The notes under the pieces were generated by a model. That model made no database searches. It was not told the origin of the DNA and was given only the letters and a program-made list of their open reading frames with translations. The position numbers and the translations under genes were made by a program. Shown piece after piece: positions 21,237 to 34,411 of a DNA stretch of 64,000 nucleotides (position 1 is its first letter; the number at the start of each line of letters is the position of its first letter). Origin of the DNA: Leucoraja ocellata (taxonomy: Eukaryota). The DNA lies in the NCBI GenBank assembly GCA_036785375.1, contig JAWMAR010001053.1, positions 186,001 to 250,000 of the forward strand, in the 5' to 3' direction.

Positions 21237-21491
21237 AAATTGAAATAGCAGGAACCAAAACTGCTGATCTTTAGGTCACATCACTCAAGTGGAAACATAA
21301 TAAAAAATATCCCACTGTGAATCTAATTTTGTAACTGTCACGTCACATTGTATTACTGTAAGAAGAAAGGAAATGTTCATGTAACCTCTTCATAGACCCC
21401 ATTGACTTTACAAATGCACCAAATGTAATATACTTCAAACCATTTCAGACGTAATTTGAATTCCTTAACAAGAAAGCTGACATTCCAATAG

Positions 21492-21671
21492 ATCTCTGGA
21501 GAGAAGAAATGGGTGGCGTTTCGTGTCGAGACCCTTCTTCAGACTGAAGAAGGGTCTCAACACGAAATGCTACCCATTTCTTCTCTCCAGACATGCTGCC
21601 TGTCCCGCTGAATTACTCCAGCATTTTGTATTTATCTTCAGTGTAAACTAGCATCTGCAGTTTCTTCCTAC
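21492..21671. mobile_element. Palindromic Penelope-derived element with hammerhead-like cores
   Basis: Centre cccttcttcagactgaagaaggg. Imperfect direct repeat acattccaatag / acattcgtatag at 21480-21491 and 21672-21683. Confidence 0.75.
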
Positions 21672-21979
21672 ACATTCGTATAGTTAAGTTTGATTGTACA
21701 TATTCTTAATTCATCAGAATATGTTTATCTCCTTCTAATGTATCCAAGTGAACTCTATACATTAAAAACATAAAACTACAATGATTTCTGGAACTGTAAA
21801 TGTTGAATATTATTCTCTCAAGGTTATTAACTTCTCCCAGACCACATTACGTGGTCAGATTATAGTTATTAACAAAATATTGCTTCTGTACAGTCAATGT
21901 TATATTATCCTACTCAAATTAGAATCTATTTGGTTTACATTTACTAGAGTGAATGCCATCAGATCCACCAAATATGTTG

Positions 21980-22078
21980 AAGAAATGTCTGAAGAAGGGT
22001 ATCGACCTGAAACATCTCCTATTCCTTCCCTCCAGAGCTGCTGCCTGTCCCACTGAGTTACTCCAGCATTTTATGTCC
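21980..22078 (+). mobile_element. Single-arm Penelope-derived element with hammerhead-like core
   Basis: ctgaagaagggtatcgacctgaaacatc. 17-bp TSD atccaccaaatatgttg at 21963-21979 and 22079-22095. Confidence 0.75.
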
Positions 22079-23718
22079 ATCCACCAAATATGTTGCCTTT
22101 TTATAAACGTTTAATGAGGATATAAACCTGTTCTCAGAATTCTGCAAAATCTCTTGCCCGGCATCATCACATTAACTTATTGCCAAACATTACGGGGGAG
22201 AGGACAGTGAGTCTACCCCAAGATACCAGGGGGAAGAGTTGTATAGTTTGATAGCCACAAAGGAAAAGGATCTCCTGTGTCATTCTGTGCTGATAAAAGC
22301 TCTCATAAAACCTCTCTGCCTCTACCTCTCTTTTCTCCGTTAAGGTTATCCTATACCCATCCCCTTCAACTAAGCTATTAGAAATCTTCCTAAATCTCTT
22401 CTTAAATGACTTGGTGTAAAGCATTTTGACATGTTTACTATGATAAAAGCATAAGGGAACAAGTGAATCAGAGACAGGTACAGGCTATTCCGCACCTCCT
22501 GTCAGCTCTGCCATTCAATAAGATTGTGGCTGATCTGACTGCATAGGCAATTAATATCCCCAGCTTTCTCCAATGATATTTCATCCTCTTGATTATATTA
22601 ATGATGCAACATAAATTAAAGTTGTTGTATTTGTTGATGTGCTCATTCCTATGGTTATGTATTCTTTCCTAAAAATCCATTCTTGGTGTGCATTGCTAAA
22701 AACACTATATAGTCACGGGACTGAGATGAATTTCAGAGAGGTATAATATGATGACACCACAGCTGGGGATAATTTTACGGTAAGACATTCCCTCCTGCAG
22801 TAGATGATCAGAGTACTCTCTTGGGGACTGTATTAACCAAATGAATATGCAATAAAAGCAAACATTCTGGGGGAAGGTGATTAAAGCAACAATGAATGAC
22901 AAATAATAATCAAGACAGATTCCTTCCATCAAAATTAGTTTTGCTCCCGGAATGAGGAATCAATGCTTCTGAATCACAAAAAAACATTGTCTACATTAAT
23001 TCTGAAAACTTTTCATTAGAGCATTGTACATTCCAGTATAGGCCAAATCCACATAGGAGAGCAACCTATAATTGTCTTTGAGATTTAATCAAACTTGTAA
23101 ATATTTAAACACATGTTTATACTAAATGAGATTTAGAGATGTGGGAGCATTTCTCCAACTTCTAAACTAATTATTTTTTGCTTCCTGAGTCCATATGATT
23201 TCCAGCCAAGTTTCCAGCAATTTATGTTGCATCATTAATAGTCTTAAAATTACCAAATGATCAGTACTCAATCATAGTTGAATCCAATCATTTCACATTT
23301 GACTCCCAGCTCAATTGACTTTCTTCCCAAAATGGATGGACTTCTGAATGTCTCTCCATTGGTCATTCTATTTGCCTCTTCCTTCCTGCTGTTCCCTCAC
23401 TGCCTTCTCCAAATGAAGGCAAATGTTCAGATGTTGCCTGCAGGGTTAGCTGGGTTAACCTGTTCTGCTAATGAATTTGGATTCAGGTAAATACAGTTGT
23501 GTCATTTGCTAATTTTCTCATTATGTTACACTATATTATAGAGCATGTTAGAGTACAAAGTGTATCACCATCCTTATCAAACAAGTCAGCACTGGTTTGC
23601 ATAACTGAACTAACAAGCACTAAACAAACATCCCACAGGAATCTTCTTTCAGCAATAGTCTATTTTCACAGGGGACCACAAGATTTGAGCAACATTTTCA
23701 GTGATGGTGGAGGTATCT

Positions 23719-23864
23719 CCTTCTTCTTCTTCTTGCGTATGGCGTGCACAGCCTAAAGTTGTAGGACAACTTGTTCTATTTGATCTTATTTGATTGTGCA
23801 CGCCGGGTTGATTGTATTCGTTGAAACAGGGTTGATCACGTGAAGGTTGCAATCTCCCAACCCA
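23719..23864 (-). mobile_element. Short non-autonomous retroposon with (AAG)n tail, probably RTE-dependent
   Basis: Minus strand ends gccatacgcaagaagaagaagaag. TSD aggtatct at 23711-23718 and 23865-23872. Confidence 0.6.
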
Positions 23865-24302
23865 AGGTATCTACTTAATAGACAACAAAGGAACACTCCA
23901 TGGTAATCAGCAGCTGAGTTAAGACCATCACCATGGCAACCAGAGCCTTAATTGAACAAAAGATGTGTTAGTTATTAGGCCTACTGACCTTAATCAAATG
24001 CATCTGTAAAGTACATGACAATCATGCGGAGAAGGTAATATAAGAAGAAAATGACTGTGAATATATTACCCTATTGACCTTATACTTGGAATATGGGCCT
24101 CTCATGGGTCCTCCATTTCTCTGCTTTAGGTGAAAGATAGTTCATATATAAATGAATTTGCTTGTTCTGAGAACAGACAGTGTGAGTGAGTGACTCTTCT
24201 GCTCTATGAAGTTTGGTGCAAATAGTTGAATCTTCCCCGTAAAGAGATATATGGCAGACCAGAGCATTAACTGGATGAGAATAGTTTTAAATACCAACTA
24301 TA

Positions 24303-25688
24303 AATAGTAAGATTAAACGAGAACTTACCAGTTTGAAGTTTGATCTGTATTTTATGAGGAGTTACGATGAGGGATTGCGTGAAGAAGCCCGCCAGGATGC
24401 ATGTTTAGAGTACCGGGCCTTCAAGCTTTCACCAGTTCTGCTGGTGGGTGCGTAGGGGTGCTGTCTTTGGCTGTAGTGGGTTTTTGTTGGAGTCCCTTTT
24501 ATTAGTCCCAGGGTTTTTGCTTCCTCATCAAGCTCCTTGACTTGCTTCGATAGGTTGCCTCCAAACAATAGTATTGGTGGTTTTGTGGTCCCAGGTTTCC
24601 ACAGTCCCGTGAATTTTGGGTTTAGTGTGGGTTGAATGGCACTCTTCCTGATGTTATTTATTTCATGTTGAGTGTTGCAGAGAAGTGCCAGTGCATCTTG
24701 TTGGTCCTGGGACATGTCCTTGTCATCCACTGTACGGGCAAATGCTGTTATCCCTGCAGTCAGGAGTTTCAGTATTTTTTGTAATTTGACGTCCATACTT
24801 CTGACTCCTGTTCCAATGTGTTTCTATATACAGTTGTTTACTATTGGAACAATCAGGGATATGCAGTTGCCAGGTGTCTTAATGTGGTGTCCAGTACAGC
24901 CTGTTCTTGTAACTGGTTTAGAGACATGTAGTCTATACTGGCAGCAAGCTTTGGCTCCAGATTTTGACCAGTCTGGTCTGGCTGTATAAAATTGGCCACC
25001 ATGTCCAGTAGGTTCTCTCGTTCCTGCACTCCTTGCACACTTGTCTTTCCTTCTGCGGACCCCTCTTCCAGGTCAGCCCAGAACTGACCCGCAGTGCTCT
25101 CCTCTGATGAGGTAGAAGCACTGTGCAGCCCTTCAAGAGGTACTGCTGTGGGTTTATCATAGGGCCCACTGTGACCCGACTCCATCTCCCGGAGTCTGTC
25201 ACGTTGGAGCAAATGCTCCACACATCGCTCCATCCGGCTCCAGTGCTCTTGGTCTCTGGCCGCCCGCGGTTGTTCAAAGTCGGACTCCTCTGAGTCCACG
25301 ACCTTGTTTGTTTTGTGTCTAGCCTTACCGCCCGGCCGCGTGGATCTGGCCGGTGTGGAGGCGACATCGGGCACAGCTGATCCCACTATCGGTGATCCAA
25401 GTGCCGCTGGCTGCTGCTGGCTGCCAGCTGCTCCGCGGCCCTCCCTCACGAGCTTTGTCGCAGCCCTTGTCTTCTTTGTTTTATCCATGTTCCCACCTGT
25501 AGTTGGAAATGGAAACAAAAAAGACCGCAGAGTAAACTCTTACCTGCAAGTTGCGGCTTTTAAAACTGCTGGTGCGGGGGAACGTCGTTTCACCGCGTCT
25601 GACGTTTCACAATGCGTGTAGCGATATGACACGCATGCGTCCTGGCGGGCTTCTTCACGTAGTCACTCACGTGACTCTGAAGTAAAAT
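24303..25688 (-). mobile_element. DIRS1-type retroelement, internally deleted (ITRs and gag only)
   Basis: Inverted repeats cgtgaagaagcccgccagga.gcatg at about 24378 and 25635. Termini match the DIRS element at 46869-51124. AAT is present at both ends. Confidence 0.8.
24400..25488 (-). pseudogene. DIRS ORF1/gag-like pseudogene (frameshifted)
   Basis: ORFs 24853-25518 (MDKTKKTRAATK...) and 24362-24796 (DVKLQKILKLL...LLFGGNLSKQVKEL). Position after the left ITR and helical character fit DIRS ORF1. Confidence 0.65.
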
Positions 25689-26749
25689 TTGATATAAATC
25701 AATCAGCCTGGTGAGAACTGGTCCATACTTGATCAGGCTGTAAGGTGATGTAGATTTTTTGTGATGCACGTAGTAAGAAAAGCATATGCTGTGTACAAGA
25801 GGCCCATGATCATTAAGGCAGGGGCAGCTAAAATGGAGCTTGAGGTGAGTACTGGGGTGCCAGGAAATTGTCCTGAGGGATCATTAACTAGATTTTTCAA
25901 ATGGAAAGCACCAAAGGGTAATACACTGAACGAAAATAAAATTTAGGAGTATCTGATCTGCGATCCTCAATATAAATAATTTGATGGAACAAACCGCATA
26001 GAGAAATGGAGAAAAGATAAGAGCTATGATAATAAGATGTTACAAAATGTATATGGATACAATGAAACATGCCAGAAGAACTGAAGCAACTTGGGTTTTC
26101 TGTTCAGCGATAAGCCATCAATCTGAGGTTATCACTAGGATGGTGGAAGCCCAGGACTTGAAACACTTTTGAAGGTGCAGGGAAATATAATGTTTCAAAG
26201 ACAACAATAAGAACAAACAGCATGAGCTGTGACTACTGATCTTCAGGTCATTCAACTCCTGTGGATTCATAGGGGAAAAAAAATCACTTGACTTGCATGA
26301 GAGATTCTCTCGCTCCACAAAAGAAACTAGTTCTTCAGTGCACTTGTGACATATTGTCAAGATATACCAAGGGTTATTGCAGTAAGTAGAAAACATAATC
26401 ATTATGATCAGATAGATGGTAAGGCAAAATTATATATTTTTAACCGAGACACCCCATTAATTTTTGATAGATTACATTTAATTTTATAATTACAAGAAAT
26501 ATCCAACATTTGGGAAATATTAAAACATAAGTTAATAGATATAATTCTGTATCACATTATGTGTTTGCACACTCAACTTGTTTATATCTCACCCACTTCT
26601 TGTCAGCAAGGTTAGAAATTTTAATGTTGATCTCCTTGTTCAATTCATCGGGGTACATTGTGAATAGGTCAATGTCAAACACTGTGCCTTGTGGTACCAA
26701 TCGGAGGGAATTTTGTGTTTAATCTGTACCCTGAATTTGGCATACATGC

Positions 26750-28410
26750 CGTAACTCAGCAGGACAGGTAGTACCTCCGGATAGAAGGAATGGGTGACAA
26801 TTCGGGTTACATAGAAACATAGAAACATAGAAATTAGGTGCAGGAATAGGCCATTCAGCCCTTCGAGCCTGCACCGCCATTCAATATGATCATGGCTGAT
26901 CATCCAACTCAGTATCCCGTACCTGCCTTCTCTCCATACCCTCTGATCCCCTTAGCCACAAGGGCCACATCTAACTCCTTCTTAAATATAGCCAATGAAC
27001 TGGCCTCAACTACCCTCTGCGGCAGAGAGTTCCAGAGATTCACCACTCTGTGTGAAAAAAGTTCTTCTCATCTCGGTTTTAAACGATTTCCCCTTAACCT
27101 TAAGCTGTGACCCCTTGTCCTGGACTTCCCCAACATTGGGAGCAATCTTCCTGCATCTAGCCTGTCCAACCCCTTAAGAATTTTGTAAGTTTCTATAAGA
27201 TCCCCTCTCAATCTCCTAAATTCTAGAGAGTATAAACTAAGTCTATCCAGTCTTTCTTCATAAGACAGTCCTGACATCCCAGGAATCAGTCTGGTGAACC
27301 TTCTCTGCACTCCCTCTATGGCAATAATGTCCTTCCTCAGAATTGGAGACCAAAACTGTACGCAATACTCCAGGTGTGGTCTCACCAAGACCCTGTACAA
27401 CTGCAGTAGAACCTCCCTGCCCCTATACTCAAATCCTTTTGCTATGAAAGCTAACATACCATTCGCTTTCTTCACTGCCTGCTGCACCTGCATGCCTACT
27501 TTCAATGACTGGTGTACCATGACACCCAGGTCTCGCTGCATCTCCCCTTTTCCTAGTCGGCCACCATTTAGATAATAGTCTGTTTTCCTGTTTTTGCCAC
27601 CAAAATGGATAACCTCACATTTTTCCACATTATACTGCATCTACCAAACATTTGCCCACTCACCCAGCCTATCCAAGTCACCTTGCAGTCTCCTAGCATC
27701 CTCCTCACAGCTAAGTTGAGACCCTTCTTCTGACTGAGCATCAGGGGAGAGGGAGTTACAGAAATAAAGAAGTGTAAGAGTTCAAAAGAGATGAATATCA
27801 AGGAAAATGTAGAATAGACCATTGTTAGCTATGAGAAGTTGACAACAAAGCAAACAGAGATAAAATGTAATCAGGGGGACAGTTTGACTGGTCGAAGAAC
27901 TGGGAAGGGGGAAGGATGGAGAGAGAGGGAGAGCGGGGTTACTTGAAGTTAGATGTCAATATTCACACAGCTGGGGTGTAAGCTGCCCAAGTGAAATATG
28001 AGGTGCTGTTCCTCCAATTTGTGCTGGGACTCAATCTGACAGTGGAGGAGGCTCAGGACAGCACACCGCTGGGATGTAAGCTGCCCAAGCAAAATATGAG
28101 GCTCGTCGATCGATTTGCTGAATACCTCCGCTCAGTTCACCTAAACCTACCAGATCATCTGGTTGCTAAACACATTATCTCCCCATCCCATTCCCATCCT
28201 GACCTTTCTGTCCTGGGTCTCTTCCTAGCTAACAATGGTCTATTCTACATTTTCCTTGAACTTCATCTCTTTTGATCTCTTACACTTCCTTTCCTCTGTA
28301 AATCCTCTCCCCCAGTCTGGAAAACGGTCTCGACACTAAATGTCACCCATTCCTTCTAACCAGAGATACTGCCTGTCCTGTTGAGTTATTCCAGCATTTT
28401 GAGTCTATCT
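26750..28410. mobile_element. Penelope-like element 3' remnant with internal inversion (GIY-YIG C-terminus plus pLTR arms)
   Basis: Plus strand RLVDRFAEYLRSVHLNLPDHLVAKHIISPSHSHPDLSVLGL; minus strand LEEQHLIFHLGSLHPS. Hammerhead-bearing arms at both ends. A further short minus-strand fragment lies at about 28420-28580. Confidence 0.75.
26808..27713 (-). mobile_element. Young CR1 3' fragment inserted in the Penelope hammerhead motif
   Basis: ORF 27068-27640 and a (catagaaa)n tail. The flanks ttcgggtt and gagacccttc rejoin to the pLTR motif. Confidence 0.92.
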
Positions 28411-29537
28411 GTGGTCTATTGTTTGCTGGGGACAAGGTGATAACGAAGGAATATAAATGGTGAAATTAGCAAGAGGACGAGGGTGGGGGAGGGACAGGGA
28501 GAGAGGGAATGCAAGGGTTACTTGATGTTAGAGAAATCAATATGTATGCCACTGGGTTGTAAGTTGTTGCCCAAGCAAACTCTTTTTAGTTCTTATGTAT
28601 AAATTCTAATTACAAATCTTTTATGTGGTAACTTATCAAATGCCTTCTGGAAGCACATATATACCACGTCAATTGCAATTTCCTTATCAACCCTCTGTTA
28701 TGGTTTCAAAAAACCTCATTCAAATTAGTTAAATACTACTTAATTTTACAAATAATTGATGCCCTTCTCCAATTAATCTGCACTTGTATGACCTATTGCA
28801 AATTTTCTCCCTGATTATTATTGCTAGAACTTTCCCATACTACGGAGATAACTGGGTTTACGCATCACACTCTTTGGAACAATAGTGCAATTTTAGCAAT
28901 TTTCCAGTCCTCAGAATCAAATTGCATTATTTATCCTAACTAGGATATGTGACCCAAAATCCAGCTTTACAGATGTGCCTCATGTGCTTGGTCAATGTTG
29001 TTGTCAGCTACTTAACCTCAGCCTAATGTGGCTTCCTAGTTACTGCTCATGCTGCTGATTTTTCAGTCAATTCACATTTTTCCACACATATCTATACCTG
29101 TAGAATGCTAAGTTTTTATACCTAAGTAGTGAACATTCATCTCTTATTCTATTATGCTCAGGAGCATGTAAAGCAGGCACAGGGATTTGTCTGCACTGTG
29201 GATTTTCCAACAGTGCTGGCATTCCTAGACATTACACTAGTCCTAATTGAGATGGCCTTGGAGAATTTCCTGCCACGGTTGCCTGGCTGAGGGCCTTTGA
29301 GGCAAATTTGCAGGGAAAAAACAAGTCTCCTGCAGGTACTTGCCTATCCCACTTAATCCTTAGAAGCAATCGCCATGCCTTCCTATCACTGCAGCATCTT
29401 CTAGTGCAAGAATGTTGTTCTAATTACAATAAGCCCTCTTAAGATCTTGGTGCAATGATTGCACCTATAATGCAGCTAAGAACTGCAAAATGTGCAGCAC
29501 TTCAATAGGAAATGTCACACTGAAATATCTATCTCAG

Positions 29538-29880
29538 AAGAGGACATAAAGTGCTGGAGTAACTCAGCGGGACAGGCAGCATCTCTGGATAGAAGGACTG
29601 GGTGAAGTTTCGGGTCGAGAACCTTCTTCAGTCATTCTTCAGGTTAATTGGCATGGTATAAGATTAAATCGTCCCTAGTATGTGTAGGATAGTGTTAATG
29701 TGCGGGGATCACTGGTCAGTGTGGACTCGGTGTGCCAAAGGGCCTGTTTCCGCGCTGTATCTCTAAAACATAAGAAGGGTCTCGACCTGAAATGTCACTC
29801 ATTCCTTCTAACCAGAGACGCTGACTGTCCCGCTGAGTTACTCCAGCTTTTTGTGTCTATCTGCAGTTCTTTGTATCTAC
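29538..29880. mobile_element. Palindromic Penelope-derived element with an HE1 SINE fragment (about 29640-29770) at its centre
   Basis: Inverted arms. TSD tatctatctcag / tatccatctcag at 29526-29537 and 29881-29892. Confidence 0.72.
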
Positions 29881-30254
29881 TATCCATCTCAGTGCTGATT
29901 TACACAGAGAAGCCCAATGACATTGTTCCATGAGCATTGTTTTAAACAAACACAGTTAGTGATCACTACAGTTGGTGATCTCTGAACCTCAATAGAAGTT
30001 TTTGCTCTTCATGCAACTTTCACAAAATGTATTAGGCTGTTTACACAACAATGTTTTGATTTTTTTTTTAATGACAAGGACTAATTTCCAGCTTGCGGGC
30101 AAATGCACACTGAATGTTATTGAGACAAATTATTTATCTTGGAAGTATACAGTATACCATGAGTTATTCTGTGGGAAATATATTATTTACTACTAATAAA
30201 GATTTGATGAAAATGTTATATTAGGCTGGATTATGTTGGATTGGGCTAATATAT

Positions 30255-30690
30255 GAGGAATGTGTGATGGCTGAGCCTGTACTTGCTGGAGTTTAGGATG
30301 AGGGGGGAATCTCATTGAAACCTACTGAATAATGTAGGGACTAGGTAGAGTGGAGATGGAGAGGACGATTCCAATAATGGGAGAGTCTCAGACCAGAGAG
30401 CATTGCCTCAGAATAAAAAGATAAGATGAGGAAGAATTTATTTTAGCCAGAGGTTGGTAGATCTGTGGAATTCATTGCCCAGACAGCTGTAGAGGTCAAG
30501 TTATTGGGTATCTATAAAGCGGAGATTGATAGGTTCTTGATTAGGAAAGGTGTCAAAGATTAAGGGGAGAAGGCAGAAGAATGGGTTAAGAGGAAAATAG
30601 ATCAGCTATAATCGAATGGCGGAGCAGACTCGATGAGCCGAATGGTCTAATTCTTCTCACGTGTCTTATGATTATGATGATCTAATGGTT
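30255..30690 (+). mobile_element. CR1 3' fragment (degenerate)
   Basis: LYLLEFR/LIETY-like coding remnants and a CR1 3' UTR. Confidence 0.8.
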
Positions 30691-32003
30691 ATATTTGATC
30701 TGACCATTTGGTCTCTATCTGGACTCCAATTGTCAATAAATAAATAAATACATCCAAGAAATAACAAGATTACATTAAACTATATTAAAAATTATATGGC
30801 TAAAACCATTAAACTGTTGTTAATTGAATTTATAATTATTGTAGGATTAACTTATCATTGTGGGTTGGTAAGTGAGTCTGCACCTGATTCACTGACAATA
30901 GTCAATTAAAAGTACCACTATCAATGTCATGTCTTCACAATTTCAAGATGATCATTATGAAAAGGTTACAATGATGGCGTGGTAGTGATTTCAACATAGT
31001 AATGTCAGAATATCAAAGAGAAACACTAAACTTTGTTATACCTTATTGGATTCCTGAATGTTGTATTCTTTGGCAATAGTTTTCAATTTGTGCTTAGGCA
31101 TCAGTCCAATTGCCAACTTTGGATTTGCACCGTTTACAAAAATGGGAAAAACCTTGTTAGGCACAGGATGGGGCCAAGTTTGATAATCTTTAAAATGTAG
31201 GCAGGAGATCATAAATTGCGATTAACTCGTGTTCATTCAGTACAGCACAGCCAGCTGGGCATTATCTTAATCTTACCCACAGATTTCATCAACTGGCCAC
31301 AGAGAATGTTATAGAACATTGAACAATACAGCTCAGGAACAAACCCTTTTGGCCCACAATCTCTGTGAATATGATGACAAGGCCAATTGTTATCTGCCTG
31401 CACATATTCCATACTCCTCCATTGCCTGCATATCTATGTGCCTATAGATATAACAGATGATGGAAAGCATTTTGGAATGGATCCTGTCTTGGGATATAAT
31501 ACCCTTGGGGTATTACCTGGGAAAGGTCTTTGATGCTGTACCGGAGGCCTGAGGGGAGGAGTCCTTGTGTAGGAATGGTCAGAAACTCCATTGGCATTCA
31601 AGGCAGAGGATGCAGATACTCTTTATATTATGAAGTGCAATGATGGAAATGATGCAAACTGGAAAGAAATAGTATGGATTATCTATAAAATTAAGTATGA
31701 GGTAGAGGCAAGAGAGATGCCCCAGTAAGGTCAGAGCAAATGTTGCCTCATTTCTTGTGCAGAGGCAGATTTCCTCTTGGGGTATGATGTCAGGATGTCA
31801 GTTATTATCTGAGGTATGAGAATGAGGTTAGGCATAGCACATGTGATGGAAGTGTCTTGAATGGAGTCCCTGGTTCCATGTTCTCTTTAATCACCTTCTC
31901 TGTAATGGGCCAGCTACGTTTTGCTGCTCCTAATTTGCTGAACAGGTTCTCAGCATAAATGAGTGCGTTGCTGTTGAACCATTAATAAGTTATTGTTTCA
32001 TTT

Positions 32004-32240
32004 GCATTGCCCTGTTTCAACATCTCCTCACACAACCCTGTCTCATCAGACCCTCACACATTTGCACTGTCTCATCACATCTTTTACACATCGCCCTGTC
32101 TATTAAAATCCTCGTCCACTACCCAATTTCATCAGACTCTCACACATTGCCCTGTCTAATCAGCCTCTAGTACATTGCCCCATATCATCAGACCCCTCAT
32201 ATTGCCCTGTCTCAGCAGCCTCCTTATAACTTTCCCCATT
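32004..32240. repeat. Degenerate minisatellite, unit about 28-29 bp, about 8 copies
   Basis: Recurrent cattgccctgtctcatcagaccctcaca-like units. Confidence 0.65.
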
Positions 32241-32499
32241 TCAATATGCTGTATTCTCCTTCTACCCATGGGCCTTGCAATGAAGTCCCAACAATTCCTT
32301 GTGGAATTACATTTATTCCTTCCATTATTAACTGTTAAAATGAACGGTTAAATCTGGAATTTTGGATGATACCTCTTTTTGTGAGATTTCCTCTGTAGAA
32401 TTGGTCTGAGGAATTATGATCAACAGGACAGTAGAATTATTGAGGCACGGCTTTGTCCTATTCCCTAATCATAACTTCGAGAAATAAAGTAAGGAAATC

Positions 32500-32910
32500 T
32501 CAGTCATACAGCATGAAAACAGACCCTTCAGTCCAGCTAATCCATACCAACTACAATGCCCCATCCAAGGCCAGTCCCATTTTCCTGTATCTGGTCCATA
32601 TCCCTCTAAACCTTTCCTATCCATGTATCTGTCTAAATGCCTTTTAAATGTTGCTATTAAACCTGCCTCAACTACTTCATCTGGCAGCTCATTCAATATA
32701 CCCCACAACCTTTGTTTAAAAACGTTGCCCCTCGGGCTCCTCATCTTCCTCCTCTCACCTCCCCTCTCATTTCTCCCGTCACGTTAAACCTATGGCCTCT
32801 GATTCTTGATTCCCCTGCCCTGGGAAAAAGATTGTGCAATTGAAATTCCCCTCATGACTTTATACACCTCTATAAGATCCAAGGAAGCAAGTCCTAGCCT
32901 GCCCAGCCGC
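32500..32910 (-). mobile_element. CR1 3' fragment
   Basis: ORF 32469-32744 reads NELPDEVVEAG...FKRHLDRYMDRKGLEGYG. Confidence 0.8.
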
Positions 32911-33261
32911 TCCCTTTTGTTTCAATGCTGTGTCTTTTTCTGAGCCGATCACTTCATAATGCAATTTATAAATGTTTTCACCTACACCTTGGAAAATGCA
33001 GTAATGTTTTATAGTATATCCAGTAAGACTACCTGTTTTTATATTATTTAATTTGTTATAAGATGTATTATTTATAACAAATATTTTCAATCCCAACTCT
33101 CTAACCACTTGAAAACATTCCTAGCTTGTTGCTTTATTTTAAAAGACAAGCATTCCTATCAAGTCATTTGTCTATGCTTCCACTTCACATTGCCTTGGCA
33201 GAGATGACTGAGCATTGAAATAACAATGAAAGTATTGTCAGATAAATGTGGGTAAGCAATT

Positions 33262-34411
33262 ACATAGAAACATAGAAACATAGAAACATAGAAATTAGGT
33301 GCAGGAGTAGGCCATTCGGCCCTTCGAGCCTGCACCGCCATTTAATATGATCATGGCTGATCATCCAACTCAGTATCCCGTACCTGCCTTTTCTCCATAC
33401 CCTCTGATCCCCTTGGCCACAAGGGCCACATCTAACTCCCTCTTAAATATAGCCAATGAACTGGCCTCAACTACCCTCTGTGGCAGAGAGTTCCAGAGAT
33501 TCACCACTCTCTGTGTGAAAAAAGTTCTCCTCATCTCGGTTTTAAAGGATTTCCCCCTTATCCTTAAGCTGTGACCCCTTGTCCTGGACTTCCCCAACAT
33601 CGGAAACAATCTTCCTGCATCTAGCCTGTCCAACCCCTTAAGAATTTTGTAAGTTTCTATAAGATCCCCTCTCAATCTCCTAAACTCTAGAGAGTATAAA
33701 CCAAGTCTATCCAGTCTTTCTTCATAAGACAGTCCTGACATCCCAGGAATCAGTCTGGTGAACCTTCTCTGCACTCCCTCTATGGCAATAATATCCTTCC
33801 TCAGATTTGGAGACCAAAACTGCACGCAATACTCCAGGTGTGGTCTCACCAAGACCCTATACAACTGCAGCAGAACCTCCCTGCTCCTATACTCAAATCC
33901 TCTTGCTATGAAAGCCAACATGCCATTTGCTTTCTTTACTGCCTGCTGCACCTGCATGCCTACCTTCAATGACTGGTGTACCATGACACCCAGGTCTCGC
34001 TGCATCTCCCCCTTTCCCAATCGGCCACCGTTTAGATAATAATCTGCTTTCCCGTTTTTGCCACCAAAATGGATAACCTCACATTTATCCACATTAAACT
34101 GCATCTGCCAAACATTTGCCCACTCACCCAGCCTATCCAAGTCACCTTGCAGTCTCCTAGCATCCTCCTCACACCTAACACTGCCCCCCAGCTTAGTGTC
34201 ATCCGCAAACTTGGAGATATTGCCTTCAATTCCCTCATCCAGATCATTAATATATATTGTAAATAGCTGGGGTCCCAGTACTGAGCCTTGCGGTACCCCA
34301 CTAGTCACTGCCTGCCATTGTGAAAAGGACCCGTTTACTCCTACTCTTTGCTTCCTGTTTGCCAGCCAGTTCTCTATCCACATCAATACTGAACCCCCAA
34401 TGCCATGTGCA
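33262..34411 (-). mobile_element. Young 5'-truncated CR1 with uninterrupted ORF2 C-terminal half
   Basis: 338-aa ORF 33370-34386 with GVPQGSVLGP and FADD, and a (catagaaa)n tail. Confidence 0.95.
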
